Part shown: piece after piece, positions 45,632-59,212 of the stretch
Layout: every line of letters starts with the position of its first letter
Position numbering within the stretch: the stretch's first letter is position 1
Origin: Squalus acanthias
Lineage: Eukaryota
DNA: 64,000 nucleotides
Reading direction: 5' to 3'
Assembly: GCA_030390025.1 (NCBI GenBank)
Contig: CM059432.1
Coordinates: forward strand, 95,234,001 to 95,298,000
Notes under the pieces: model-generated
What the model saw: the letters and a program-made list of their open reading frames with translations, nothing else
Told to the model about the DNA's origin: nothing
Databases searched by the model: none
Position numbers and translations under genes: made by a program

Positions 45632-48600
45632 GATGAGGCCCAGCCATTAAAATCACACGGGCCCCACACCAATGATGTCATAGGAGCTTCCTGCACACCA
45701 CCCTGGCTGCCCGATTCACACCCCGTGTTAAAATCCACCCTTTAATGCCTACCGATTAAATTATTTTGTCCATTAGCTTAAAAGAAGTGTCAACAAAATT
45801 CCCTTTTTAAAATAACAGACAAAAGATTTTCAGACCAACACCGTAAACATTTCCATGCAAATACTCGCACAATATAATTTCATCATTGGCTTCATTCTTT
45901 GAACATTTTTAATGTTAGCACAGAGCTTAGCACAGAGCCGATTGTGCTGTTGGTTGTCAACTTTGAAATTTAGCTGCCACTGTGACACTGTTAAGCGTAG
46001 CTCTGTCTGCGCTCAGTTGCCTTGGCCAGACAGCAATGTGTAGCTGACAGTGTAATTTGGGTTTACCAGCTCAGTATTACTCTAAGCAGGTACAGTTCTC
46101 AAACTGCTACCTGTATAAAGTCCTGTGGCAGCACTTTTGCACAAATCCAAACGCTAGCAAAATAACAGTTATATCATCATGTTTATTCGCAAAGAACTAC
46201 AATGATAAATGCCGTCAGTTATTCTTCTTGAAAATTTTATTTTACATTCATGATATGACAGATAGTATACTTTCCATGTGCTGAAAATCATCAAGAATAT
46301 TTAATTCCAAAATAGTCACTGTAATACACTTTTTGTTGTAGAAGTCAGTTATTATTTGTCATAATGTTTCAAGCCAATCAATGTTTCACATGTTTGAATG
46401 TACAACAGAGCAGAATAAATGGACATTTCATTTTTAAAGCTTGCAGCACTTAATGAACAGCAGTAACAACAGTTATTAAAAGGATCTTTTTTAGGACCTC
46501 TTGAAAAAAAATTCTGTGCTTATTTTACAAAAAGAAAAAAGTTTATGAAAGAGTCCATCGACAGCAAGAGTGATATGCTGCAGATTCCAAATAATGTGTA
46601 GGAGAGAGTCAGTCTGCACAGAGCATGCAGTAAAGCATTTTTACTGCTCTAAGGGTGTAAATCATGGAAGGCAGCAAGGAGCCAGGTCTAACTTTGTTCT
46701 GAAGTTTAGAACACAAGCTGTCACGTTTATTAGGACTCATTTCAGGACACTTTAAATACTTATTTGCTTCAAACCTTATTAATTCACTTAGACTTTAGAG
46801 AGTGGTCTAATTTTGTACTGTAGTATATGTTTGTGATAATATCATACATTATCATTTAGAGCATATTAGATGCATTGAGACAGAGGCTGTACTTCAGGTC
46901 AGTATAACTTCTTGAGGTGGAATTACTCATGTTAAAGCACATAAATAATGACTGTATACATGAGTAATGGTAATGTAATAATGTGTCCTCGCCTCCACAT
47001 TTCCTTGAAAACAGTGCATCAGATTGGAATGTATAGAAATAGTAATTCAGGAGCAAATTCATCGGAACTTGGTAACAGCACCAACAAATCGATTAAACAT
47101 AATTAGCCAACAGGTTAGCACATGTGTCAGTAAATAAACAAGTTGGCTTGTTGGAAGTACTGCAGAAGATAAAAGCATGTGATCTATGGAGGATATGTTA
47201 TGTTGGTGAAATAACTCGTGAGTTTTGTTGGTGTGAGTTATTATGGTAGCCTGGAACTCCCAGCCTCTGAGGAGATATACAGCCTGTATTGTGAAAGTGC
47301 AGCTCCTGGAGCCTTTCAATTAATTCTGAGACAATGCACCCTGCTCTTGACCATTAGGTGCTATTTTATTATTTGTAAACACCTTTCTACTTAGCATTTA
47401 TCATACTAAATAAAAAGAACTAAACAAAAGATAAGGGAAAATGTAAGCACGCAGAGCTAAGACTAAAAACAGTAACAGGGACTGAGAGCCAGCAAGTATG
47501 CATCAGCTGATTTGTAAATTTAGTGCCTGGTTTGGAGTCACATCTTTTCAAATGGAAGTGTATGAATTGTGAGCTTTAGGTTTAGTTTATTGATTACAAA
47601 GGCTATTACAATTCATGATTGGGATTCAACTTGATTCATATCTGAAACAAGGGGGTACATTTTTGTCATCACCGCCTGGGCAGTAATCTGGTGGAGCAGA
47701 TTGCCCGTCAATTGTAGATGGTCTTTTCCTGCCCGTTATTTTCATATGCTCATATAGCTACAGACACAACTGCCCAGGTAGATGACGATGCTGTAGATCT
47801 TCATGTAGTCACTGGCACAGCTCCCCTGTTGGTTCATTGGTGAAACACACTCTTCTAATGCACATCTCACTAAGGTCTTCATAGGACCTGCGTTACCTGT
47901 ATATTTTTTTGGGGGGGAGGTAATATTTTGTGGGGTGCAGCCTCCTCAGATGATACCTCAGTCTCCTCCATCCTCTCCTCCATTGCAACGGCAGACAAAG
48001 GCATACCCATGAGGACCCCGTACCTCTGCTGAGACTGTTTTCACTATGTGGGAGAGGGGACAAAATATCCCAGTGGTCTTACAGTCCCACAGGCAGTCAG
48101 AAACAAGTCCAACGATATCTAGGCCCACAGCAACAAAACAAATTGCTGATAAACCTTGTTCTAAGCTGCAGTAGTTGTTGCTCAAACTTTCAGGAGTCTT
48201 CAGGCTCAAAGGCTCCTCACTTCTACCATTCTCAGATGATCTAGATAATCCTGGCAACAGGTATACCTTATGTTTCCAGTTCTAACTTACCCCATAGTAC
48301 ATTGCGAGCATCATTTCTGGAAATTCACGGTTCCAGCGCCACTGGTCCTCATTAACATATATTAAAATCAGGTGCATGGGGCCTCAGTGGGCACATCATG
48401 TGAAGGGTTACGTCACAGTTGCTCATTTGGCTGCATTGTTTTTGGGGTGGAAAATCAGTGGAAATGGTTTCTGCCCTAGTTTTCTGAACCCACCTGAATG
48501 CCCAAAAAACACTGAAAATGTTGTGAAATTTTATACGGTGAATTTGACATGTAGCTCAAGAAATTTTATCCAAAACTGAATATTCTGCGTTGACCCTGGC

Positions 48601-49284
48601 TTATTAAAACATGCCACTTCTGTAGGCAATATTAATTGTTTTAATGCAGGAAATATTTCCATAATTTTACTACTGTAATCATAGATAGACAGATGGCAAG
48701 CTAGATACATAGATAAGATAGATAAATAGACTTATTTTTTCCAGCTGCTATACCTCATTACTCAAAACTTTTAAAGATAACTGTTGAATAGCAAATCACA
48801 TGTTGGAATTTAATATTTCTTCTATGTACAGTAATTTCCATAATGGATAAAATAAAAAGCAATTTGTGAGCATTTGTATCTTTTCCATTATTAGAGTGAA
48901 ATTTTATATTTTTCTTGTTTTGACAAAGCAGTTAAAGTGAAAACCGCGATACTTAAACCTAACAAACCCTTAAGATCACAAATTTTCCATGTATGAAACT
49001 ATTTCCAATCACTGTAGGGTCAAATATCATTCTGGATGAAAATATTCAAAGCAATCAGTTTTAGTCCATACTTTAAGTCCATGGCGTGATTAGCTCCACA
49101 GAAGGTGGCAGAGAACTGAATGAAAGTAAACTTGGCAGCATTCGAATCTGAAACTAACTAGGGGTGGTTTAACCTGAAGTGCACAGCGGGCGGATGGCTG
49201 GTAGAGTGCGCTGCCCACTCGCCCATTGTTACCGCTGGGTGGCTTGAGTCATTTTGAGGCCCGGGCCTCAGTTACATGCAGTCG

Positions 49285-52048
49285 GTGAGCTGAATATCCA
49301 AGGATATTCGATATTTAGGAAGGACAGGCAAAAAGGAAAAGGAGGTGGGGTGGCATTGTTAGTAAAGGATGAAATCAGAGCACTAGTGAGAAAGGATATT
49401 GGCTCAGAAAATCAAGATGAAGAATCAGTCTGGGTGGAGCTAAGAAGCACCAAGGGGTAGAAAACATTGGTGGGAGTTGTCTATAGGCCTCCAAACAGTA
49501 GTGGTAATGTAGGGGACAGCATCAAACAGGAAATTAGAGACGCATGTAACAAGGGTACTACAGTAATCATGGGTGACTTTAATCTACATATAGACTGGCC
49601 AAACAAATTAGCAATAATACTGTGGAGGATGAATTCCTGGAGTGTGTACGAGATGGTTTTTTAGACCAGTACGTTGAGGAGCCAACTAGGGAACAGGCTA
49701 TCCTAGTTTGGGTATTGTGCAATGAGAAGGAGTTAATTAATAATCTTGTTGTGTGGGGTCCTTTAAGGAAGAGTGACCATAACAGGATAGAATTCTTCAT
49801 TAAGATGGAAAGTGAAGTAGTCCAATCTGAAACTAGGGTCCTAAATCTAAACAAAGGAAACTAGGAAGGTATGAGGAGTGAGTGGGCTATGATAGATTGG
49901 GGAGCTTCATTAAAAGGCGTGATGGTGGATAGGCAATGGCTAACATTTAAGGAACGACTGCATGAATTGCAAAAGTTATACATTCCTTTCTGGCGCAAAA
50001 ACACAAAAGGAAAAGCGGCCCAACCATGGCTAACAAAAGAAATTAAGGATAGTATTAGATCCAAAGAGGAGTCCTATAAAGTTGCCAGAAAAAGTAGCAA
50101 GCCTGAGGATTGGGAGCAGTTTAGAGTTCAGCAAAAAAGGACCAAGAGATTGATTAAGAGGGGAAAAATAGAGTATGAGAGTAAACTTGCAAGGAACATA
50201 AAGGCGGACTGTAAAAGCTTCTACAAGTATGTAAAAAGAAAAAGATTAGTGAAGACAAATGTAGGTCCCTTACAGTCAGAAACGGGAGAATTTATAATGG
50301 GGAACAAGGAAATGGCGGAGCAATTAAACAAATACTTTGGTTCTGTCTTCACGGAAGAGAACACAATTAACTTCCCAGAAATGCTAAGGAACCAAGGGTC
50401 TAGTGAGAAGGAGGAATTAAAGAAATTAGTATTAGTAAAAAAATAGTGCTGGAGAAATTAATGGGACTGAAGGCCGATAAATCCCCAGGGCCTGATAATC
50501 TGCATCCCAGAGTACTAAAAGAGGTAGCCATGGAAATAGTGGATGCATTGGTTGTCATCTTCCAAAATTCTATAGATTATGGAACAGTTCCTGCAGATTG
50601 GAGGGTGGTAAATGTAACCTCACTATTTAAAAAAGGAGGGAGAGAGAAAACAGGGAACTACAGACCGGTTAGCCTAACATCAGTAGTAGGGAAAATGCTA
50701 GAGTCTATTATAAAGGATGTGATAACAGGACACTTAGAAAATATCAACGGGATTGGACAAAGTCAACATGGATTTATGAAAGGGAAATCGTGTTTTACAA
50801 ACCTACTGGAGTTTTTTGAGGATGTAACTGGTAGAATAGATAAGGGAGAACCAGTGGATGTGGTGTATTTGGATTTTCAGAAGGCTTTTGATAAAGTCCC
50901 ACATAAGAGGTTAGTGTGCAAAATTAAAGCACATGGGATTGGGGGTAATATATTGGCATGGATTGGAAATTGGTTAACAGACAGGAAACAGAGAGTAGGA
51001 ATAAATGGGGTGGCAGGCGGTGACTAGTGGGGTACTGCAGGGATCAATGCTTGGGCCCCAGCTATTCACAATATATATCAATGATTTGGATGAGGGAACC
51101 AAATGTAATATTTCCAAGTTTGCTGACGACATGAAACTAGGTGAGATTGTGAGTTGTGAGGAGGATGCAAAGAGGCTTCAAGGCAATTTAGACAGTTGAG
51201 TGAGTGGGTATATACGTGGCAGATGCAGTATAACGTGGATAAATGTGAAGTTATCCACTTCAGTAGGAAAAACAGAAAGGCAGAGTATTATTTAAATGGT
51301 GACAGATTGGGAAATGTTGATGTACAAAGGGACCTGGGTGTCCTTGTACACCAGTCACTGAAAGCAAACATGTAGGTGCAGCAAGCAGTTCGGAAGGCAA
51401 ATGTTTTGTTGGCCTTCATTACAAAGGATTTGAGTACAGGAGCAAGGATGTCTTACTACAGTTATACAGGGCCTTGGTGAGACCACACCTGGAGTACTGT
51501 GTGCAGTTTTGGTCTCCTTACCTAAGAAAGGATATACTTGCCATAGAGGGAGCGCAGCGAAGGTTCACCAGACTGATTCCTGGGATGGCAGGACTGTCGT
51601 ATGAGGAGAGATTGGGTCGACTAGGCCTGTATTCACTAGGGTTTAGAAGAATGAGAGGGGATCTCATTGAAATGTATAAAATTCTGACAGGGCTAGACAG
51701 ACTGGGTGCAGGGAGGATGTTTCCCCTGGCTGGGGGCTCTAGAACGAGGGGTCACAGTCTCAGGATACGGGGTAGGACATTTAGGACTGAGATGAGGAGA
51801 AATTTCTTCACTCAGAGGATGGTGAACCTGTGGAATTCTCTACCACAGAAGGCTGTGGAGGCCAAGTCACTGAATATATTTAAGAAGGAGATAGATAGAT
51901 ATCTGGACGCAAAAGGCATCAAGGGATATGGGGAGAGAGCGGGAATATGGTATTGCGATGGAGGATCAGCCATGATCATATTGAATGGTGGAGCAGGCTC
52001 GAAGGGCCGAATGGCCTACTCCTGTTCCTATTTTTCTATGTTTCTATG
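49285..52048 (+). mobile_element. 5'-truncated CR1 LINE with APE endonuclease and RT remnants
   Basis: GYSIFRKDR..GGGVALLVK, GVVYRPP, MGDFN, SDHN; YRPVSLTSVVGKMLESII, QHGF, LDFQKAFDKVPH, FADD, RPHLEYCVQFWSP; tail tttctatgtttctatg; several stops/frameshifts. Confidence 0.96.
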
Positions 52049-52224
52049 ACTAGCCACCCCTCACATGCACCCTCATCCGAATGCAATCATACCAACTTAC
52101 AACACACAAGGACGCCACTTGACACCCCACTCCATCATAGTCACCCTCTAAAGATCTAACCCATCCATTCCTTACACTCATTCCATTACTCTCACTCAAC
52201 CTTCTCTTCTTTCGCTCCTTGCAG

Positions 52225-53496
52225 GAAAAGAGAGCCCAAATAAGAGGGAGAGGGAGAGAACCAGAGGTGGCACTCCATCATTGGCCACTCTAACATCAGC
52301 AGAAGAGGCTGCCTTGAAGTGTCTGGAGTCGCCGAGCAGCTGGAGGTGGGAGGCAGAGAGAGGGGACATCTCAGCAACCTGGTGACAGAATTACATATCA
52401 TACAGCTACATGGCATATCGCAGTCACTCACATGGGATTGATGTCAGCAGCCAGTGAATGTTCATCATGTGCATAATGGTATCTGTACCCATTCTTCATA
52501 TAACATATCTAACTCATCTCTTTACTCTCTCACAGGTCCATCAAGAGTCCCCCGCACTGTTCAGGAGGAAGAGGAAGATGACTCATCAGAGGAGCCTCCA
52601 GCCTCTGAGTTCGCACCGTCACCAGACATAAGTGCACTTAGCACCAGCGCAGATACTTACACGTGGGTGGGTGTCATGCGAGATAGAGTAGTGCTGTCAC
52701 CTGGTGTCTCACAAGTCACAAGTGAGCAAGAGCAGATGGTGGAGACAGGGACAGCAGTGGAGACACCTCGCCGGAGGGCACAGGACACTCCGAGCTCTGC
52801 TCAGCCGCATGCAGACGCTGAGCTTCAGGGGCCATCCAGAAAGAGGGCGTTCCTGGAGGTGCAACAAGAAGTGCAGGAGGCTTTGATAGGTTTTGCGACC
52901 ATGATGTCTGCAAATGTCCAGAGAATGGAAGAGTCCATCTCCAACATGAGCACCACCGTGTCGCAGGCAATGGCGACTGTAGGCTCTTCCATGGTTAGGA
53001 TGGCCACCTGCATGGAGCAGCTAATGAGCCACTTACAGGAGCACATGGTCTCTATGGAGAATAGATGGCAGAGGCTCATAGACCTCCTCTCTAGAGGGAT
53101 GTCAACGTAGAAGTGCGTCCTCATGTGCAGCAAGGTGCTCTCCAGCTCCTGGCTAGCAGGGAAGTGCAGGTGGCCCATGAGAGGGATGATGGTGAGAGAG
53201 GACATGGAAGTGGGGGCTCCTCTCAAAGCGCTCACACTTCTCCCCCGTAGCCCCCCTCCCCCCCAGTCAGAGCCCCAGATGCTGCCTCAGATCGTGATGG
53301 CGAAGTCTGCCCCTGCACATTCACAGGGAGAGCAGACTTTGGTGGGGCCATCACAGGCTCCAAAACCCAAAGGATGTCTGCCAAAGTGTCTATGCAGTCA
53401 CAGCAGAGAAGTGAGCAGGCTGCCTCTACCTCTGCTGAAGCCACAGGGGTAGCACCTCGTAGAAGCACGCGCAAGAGAAAGATGAAACACAAGTAG
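52225..53496 (+). pseudogene. Harbinger Myb/SANT gene exons 2 (52225-52381) and 3 (52536-53496)
   Basis: EKRA.., GPSRVPRTVQEEEE..STSADT..QMVETGTAVE..RMEESISNMS, ending APRRSTRKRKMKHK*; frameshifts and an internal TAG at 53108. Confidence 0.85.
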
Positions 53497-53734
53497 ATTC
53501 ATAAGGGTAGCCACTTGGGTGTTTTATTAAATGTTTGTGTAAAGTTTCTGTTACTGTGATGTCACAGATAAAAATCTTTATTTTCACCTTGGACAAATTT
53601 GTATACACCTTTGGAAGTGGCTCAGTGAGTTGGAGTGAATGATGAGACATTATGTTACCTCCAGCAATGGTGGTCAGTGTGAAAGGAATGGCTTGGTCAT
53701 TGTTGGGATACTTTATGGTGTGGCTGTGGGATGG

Positions 53735-54985
53735 TGCCAACCTGGCGCAGCATGTGGCAGCCATATGGGTGTAATGCATAAAGTTAAGTAAATCTGGCCA
53801 TGATGAGCCCATCCCTGGCCTCCTGGACAGAAATGCGCTCGGGTGCTGGTGGGATCTGGACTACAGGTTCCTCCTGCTCTCCTCATCTTCCAGGTCTGAA
53901 GAGGCTGTGCATTCAGTGCCTTGCTCCTCATGCAGTGCTAATCCTTGCTGCTGCGTTATGTTGTGCAGGGTGCAGCAGACCATGACGATTATGGAGACCC
54001 TGGCTGGTGCGTACTGAAGGACTCCTCCAGATCTGTCAAGGCATCTGTAGCGCATTTTGAGCATGCCTACTGTCTGCTCTATGACACATCTGGTGGAAAT
54101 GTGGGTTTCATTGTATCTCTCCTCGGCCTCAGTACTTGGCCTCCTCAAGAGTGTCATGAGCCATGTCTTCAGTGGATAGCCCTTGTCTCCAAGCAGCCAG
54201 CTGGAAAGTCTGTTTGGAGGAGCGAAGAGCTGAGGGAGGGTGGACTGGTGCAGGACGAAAGAGTCATGGCAGCTGCCAGGGAAATTTGCGCACACATGCA
54301 TGATGATCTTCCTATGGTTGTAGATGAGCTGCACATTGAGGGAGTGGAAGCCCTTGTGGTTGACAAAGACTTCTGGGTGATGATGGGGCGCCCTGATGGC
54401 CACATGTGTGCAGTCGATGACGCCCTGCACCCATGGGAAGCCAGCCAGAGCAGTAAAGCCGAGCCCCCGCTCTGTAACACTGACTTCATCAGTGGCAAAG
54501 TTGATATAATTGACTGAAACAGGGCATCGGTGACCTGTGTAATGCATCTGTGGGCGGCCGACTGCGAGATGCCACAAATGTCTGCTGCAGATCCCTGGAA
54601 GGAGCCTGAGGCAAAGAAGTTGAGGGCGTTGGTGACTTTGACAGCCACTGGTAAGGTGTGCCCACCCACTGCTCTGGGCTGCAGGTCTTGCTCCAGCAAT
54701 GTGCAAATGTCTGCGACGATCTGGCGCAATAGCTGGAGCCTCCTTTGACACTGCTGCTCAGTCATGTTGAGGAAGCTCATCATCTGCCAGTATACCCTAT
54801 GTTGGGGGTATCGCCTTGGCGCGGTACAGCCCTGCACTGATGCCCTCTGTCCTGTGCAGCATCAGTTAGTTGAGGAGAAGGTTGGTGGTGTTGTTGGTGC
54901 TGCTGGTGTGCCTGGTGCTGCTGGTGTTGGGGCTCATCGTGGTCCGACTCTGAGGACCAAGGTGAGAAAGTATAAATGGCACCAA
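53735..54985 (-). pseudogene. Decayed Harbinger transposase
   Basis: [87 protein letters not shown] across two frames. Confidence 0.92.
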
Positions 54986-55535
54986 TGCTGATGGACTAGA
55001 TGGCGGGTCAAGTAGAGATGACAGAAGCAATCTGTCAATGGTGTGATAGGTTCTACCAATGAGGTGACAGTGGATGCTGACTTTGCTGGAAACACTTGCA
55101 ACCTCTAGAAAGCTAAACCTGTGCTGACAATGCAGCCAGCAATAACATCTGCCTTAGCAAAGTGATCAGCTGTGAAGTGGGAGTTTTTATTGTACTTTTC
55201 AAGCTGTGCACTAATGAGGTGGATCAATGGCCACTCAACTTCCGCCTCAGGTTCACAGACGTGGTTCCCGAGCTGCGTGATTCCGGTGCTCATCAAGGGA
55301 AAATTTGAAAGGTAGGGTTAAAAAGGCACTTAAGGGTCTGACAAGTACCTAATAATTATTTAAATTAGCTCACCTGCCTCTACCATTTGGATCGCTGCCG
55401 CATGGCAAACATATCCGAGGGAAAGGCGCTTGGGGGTGGGATGACGGTGGGTTCCCGACCTGCTGCAAGATATTTCAAATTTCCCACCCGACCCGCCTCC
55501 AATCGCGCCCGCACGGACCCCAGAAAATTCCGGCC

Positions 55536-56445
55536 TACAGTACGGAGGGAGTGCTGCACTGTTGGAGGTGCCGTCTTTCGGATGAGATGTTAAACCGAAG
55601 CCCTGTCTGCCCTCTCAGGTGTACGTAAATGCCTCCGACCTATAAAAAATTTACCTAGTGGTCCGGAAGATACGGAGACTCACGCTCCTGGGCCTCTCTG
55701 AGTACCCGCGGGTAGAGGCCCACGTGGGCCAGTCTAACAAATGAAAGAAGGAATCCCCATTCATACTTATGGGAGTTCCGTACAAACGGAATCCCCATAG
55801 GTATGAATAGGGATCACTTGGAAAAATACACAAACACATGAAATACATTTTTTTTAAATTACATATTTAAAATTAATTAAAATGCCATTTAATTTTAAAT
55901 TTTAAACTAAAATTTAACGGGGCTAAAAATAAACTTATCTTATTGGACAGGGATTTTAAAGTATAAATGAGTGATAACATTTTATTTATCTATTTTTTAA
56001 AACTCTTATGGTGGTAAAAGCAGGCCTTACCAGGCATAAGAATTTCACGGGCATTCAGCAGGCGGAAGTTGGACAAACAGCACAACTCTCCGCCCGCGGA
56101 GGCCCTTCTCCCGGGGGTGCAGATCATTTGTCAAGAGAATTCTTGATAGATCGTAAGTTCTGGGTTTTCGCGCATGCGCTTCGCATGCCTAAACCCGGAA
56201 CCTGCGTGGCTCCTTACGGGTGTGTATACAACTTGTACGCACTCGTGGGGGTCGCAAATTACGGCCCAATATCTGGTCCTTATCACTATGCTGTTTGTGG
56301 GAGCTTGCTGTGCGTAAATCGGCTGCCGCGTTTCCTACATTACAACAATGGCTACACTTCAAAAAGTACTTTATTGGCTGTAAGCCGCTTTGGGATGTCC
56401 AGTAGGCGTGAAAGGGGCTATATAAATGCAAGTCTTTCTTTCTTT
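55536..56445 (+). mobile_element. DeuSINE interrupted by a Harbinger-type MITE (~55630-56267)
   Basis: SINE core gatgagatgttaaaccga and tail ctatataaatgcaagtctttc; the insert ends in TIR gcaaattacggccc. Confidence 0.78.
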
Positions 56446-56446
56446 C

Positions 56447-57171
56447 AACCATCCAGGGCCACAAACACTCCTTCCAGGTGAAACACCGATTTACTTGTAT
56501 TTCTTGCAATTTAGTATACTGTATTCCCTGCTCACGATGCGGTTTCCTCTACATTGGGGAGACCAAACGCAGATTGGGTGACTGCTTTGTTGGACACCTC
56601 TGCTCAGTCTGCAAACGTGACCGCGAGCTTCTCTGCCCCACCCACAATCTGACCGCTCTGTCCTTACCTCCTACACTGTTCCAATAAAGCTCAACGTAAG
56701 CGTGAGGAACAGCACCCTCATCTTTCGATGAGGCACTTTACAGCCTTCCGGACTCAACATTGAGTTCAACAATTTCAGATCATAACCTCTGCCCCCATTA
56801 TTTCGGACGGCAGCTATTGGTGATTCTGCCATTCCCATTTACACCTCCTCTAGACCCATCTTTTGTTTCTTTACTGGTCCCAATACCATCTCCTTATGCC
56901 TTGCACCATTATCCCTTTCGTCATTTAATCTCTCCTGCCTTCCACCTTAGCACAGATTCTTTCATTCTTTCCTCCCCTCCCCGCTTTCCCTGCCTCTGTA
57001 TTTGCATAAAACCTGTTACATCTCTAACTTTTTCCAGTTCTGACGAAAGGTGATTGACATGAAACGTTAACTCTGTTTCTCTCTCCACAGATGCTACCTG
57101 ACCTGCTGAGTATTTCCAGCATTTTCTGTTTTTATTTCAGATTTCCAGCATCCGCAGTATTTTGCTTTGTG
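56447..57171 (+). mobile_element. Penelope-like element 3' fragment: GIY-YIG endonuclease remnant plus terminal repeat
   Basis: FTCISCNLVYCIPCSRCGFLYIGETKRRLGDCFVGHLCSV is the PLE GIY-YIG signature; hammerhead-like agtt-CTGACGA..GAAACGTT-aact at 57036-57072. Confidence 0.9.
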
Positions 57172-58099
57172 TAAGTGCCCCTCTGAAGTTTGCCGGATGT
57201 GTGAGAGCAGGAAATTGGCTGGCTCCTCTGCTGAGCCGACCAACAGTTGCAGTCTGGAAGCGGGAAGAGGAGGCAATCCCGGGGTAGGCGTCGCATAGGG
57301 CTGGACTTTGTTTCGTAGGCCCAGGAGGAGCACTTCTGCTCCTCCTGGCCCAATCAAAAAGAATTAATCATTTCTCTTTAAGGCCCGCTGGTTAAGCAAA
57401 CTCATTGCCTGCTACAAATGGGTGGAGTGTGAACAGCTCCACCCATTTGTAGCTAAATATTACAATCATAGTCCTATGTACATTATAGGACCCCGATTTT
57501 CATATTACAAGTGGTCTCCCACCTGAAACAGGAGAATGCACTGGCTGCTCGTTTCAGGATCAGATCCAAGATGGTGATGACTAGAGCGCCAGTGTAAACA
57601 AGGCGATGAGTGACTCTATGCCATTTTCAGGCTGCTACGACCCCGTTTATGCTAGGCAAGTCCCCTTAAAATTGGTCTACTATTCCTTTGATGGCTCAGG
57701 TGGTTAAGACTGAGTAGTTAAACCAGCAAGGGAGGCCCCAAGTCTAATCACTGATCCATTCTGAATTTGCTGAGATTAACTGGTGAAAGTTGTCTTCAAT
57801 TTCAGTGAGTCTAGCTCAAAAATAGGCATTAACGAGTTTGCATTGATGGAAAGTAGAATGGCAACAGCGATTCCTATCTTACAGAGCTGTACTGCAAGAC
57901 AAACAAAGAAGTTTATTTCAGCAAAATGTGAAGTGATGTCATTCAGTTTTTTTTAAATGCAGTTAAAAAAGTAGAAATTAGTAGAATAGTTGAGTTAGAA
58001 GTTTAAGACAGGAGTACATGTTTTCAGAATTTGTAAGAATTAGTTAATGTATGAGAGGGGCAACTTAGAAAAGTAGGGGCCATCTTTTACTTGAAAATG

Positions 58100-59212
58100 A
58101 GAGAATGCCAGAGATACTTAATAAGTACTTTGTTTTAGTTTTTACAAAGGAAGGCTAAAATGGGCTTCTAGAGGTATCCTAGGATGATATGATAGAAACT
58201 ATTGGAGAGAAATATTTATACTTTTAGTCCCAGTAACTATTTTTAAACTGTATTTTTAAAAAGCTAGCTAATGAGGCTAAAAGTGGAAACTCAGCCTAGA
58301 TGGTATGCCTCCCAGAATACTGAAGGAAGTTGGGAAGGAGATACAGAGGCATTAACTATAAATTTCCAAAGTCTTTGGAAACAAGAAATTTACCAAAGGA
58401 CTGAACAAATATTGCACCCCTGCTCAAGAAAGTGGAAAGGGAAATCATAGTCCAGCTCGGCTTACCTCAGTTGTGAGTAAACTTTCAGGGATAAATTTCA
58501 TAAGTTAGCGATCCCAGCCTGGAGCCTTACTAGATGGGAGGACAGATTAGACAATTGTGCATAGAAGTCAGTGAACCTGATTCATGGTCTTCCAAATTTG
58601 CAGTCACCAAAATTAATATTGGAAAATTGAAAGCCGTGAGTTTTTCAAGGGGGCATAACCGTAACATTATAGTTAGGTTGTTCAGGGCTGTTCACTTCTT
58701 CACACAAAGTAGTGGAAATTTGAAAGCTGTTGAGGCTAGGTCAGTTGAAAATTTCAAAACTGATAGATTTTTGTTAGGTAAGGGTATTAAGGGATATGGA
58801 ACCAAGATGGGTAAATGGAGTTATGATACAGATCAACCATGATCTAATTGAATGGCAGAACAGGCTCGAGGGGCTGAATGGCTTACTCTATGTTCTTATG
58901 AGTCGCGTGTCCTGGCCTCTGCACCTGACTGCCCTCCCATCAGCAATGCTCCATGCTGAGAGCACTAAATCATAAAATTACCCCTTGAGTCCTAAATATA
59001 TGATGAAATTAATCAACACTTAGAAAGGCATGGACTAATGAGAGATAATCAGCATGGATTTGTAAAGGGAAAGCTTTGCTTGGCTAAGTCTTTGAGGAAA
59101 TAACACAATGTAAGGATGAATGGCATGCAATGGATGCTGTTAATATAAATTTTTAAGGTGGCATTTGATAAAGTACCACATAAGAAACTTGTTATAAAAA
59201 TTAAAACACATG
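58100..59212 (+). mobile_element. Old CR1 fragments
   Basis: cccagaatactgaaggaagt, cagcatggatttgtaaaggg, gcatttgataaagtaccacata and a 3' tail at ~58690-58900. Confidence 0.75.

Larger units (their letters stand above)
52049..55535. mobile_element. Decayed Harbinger (second family), Myb-side end missing
   Basis: Homologous to 37150-40507 in opposite orientation; terminus cagaaaattccggcc at 55535. Confidence 0.82.
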
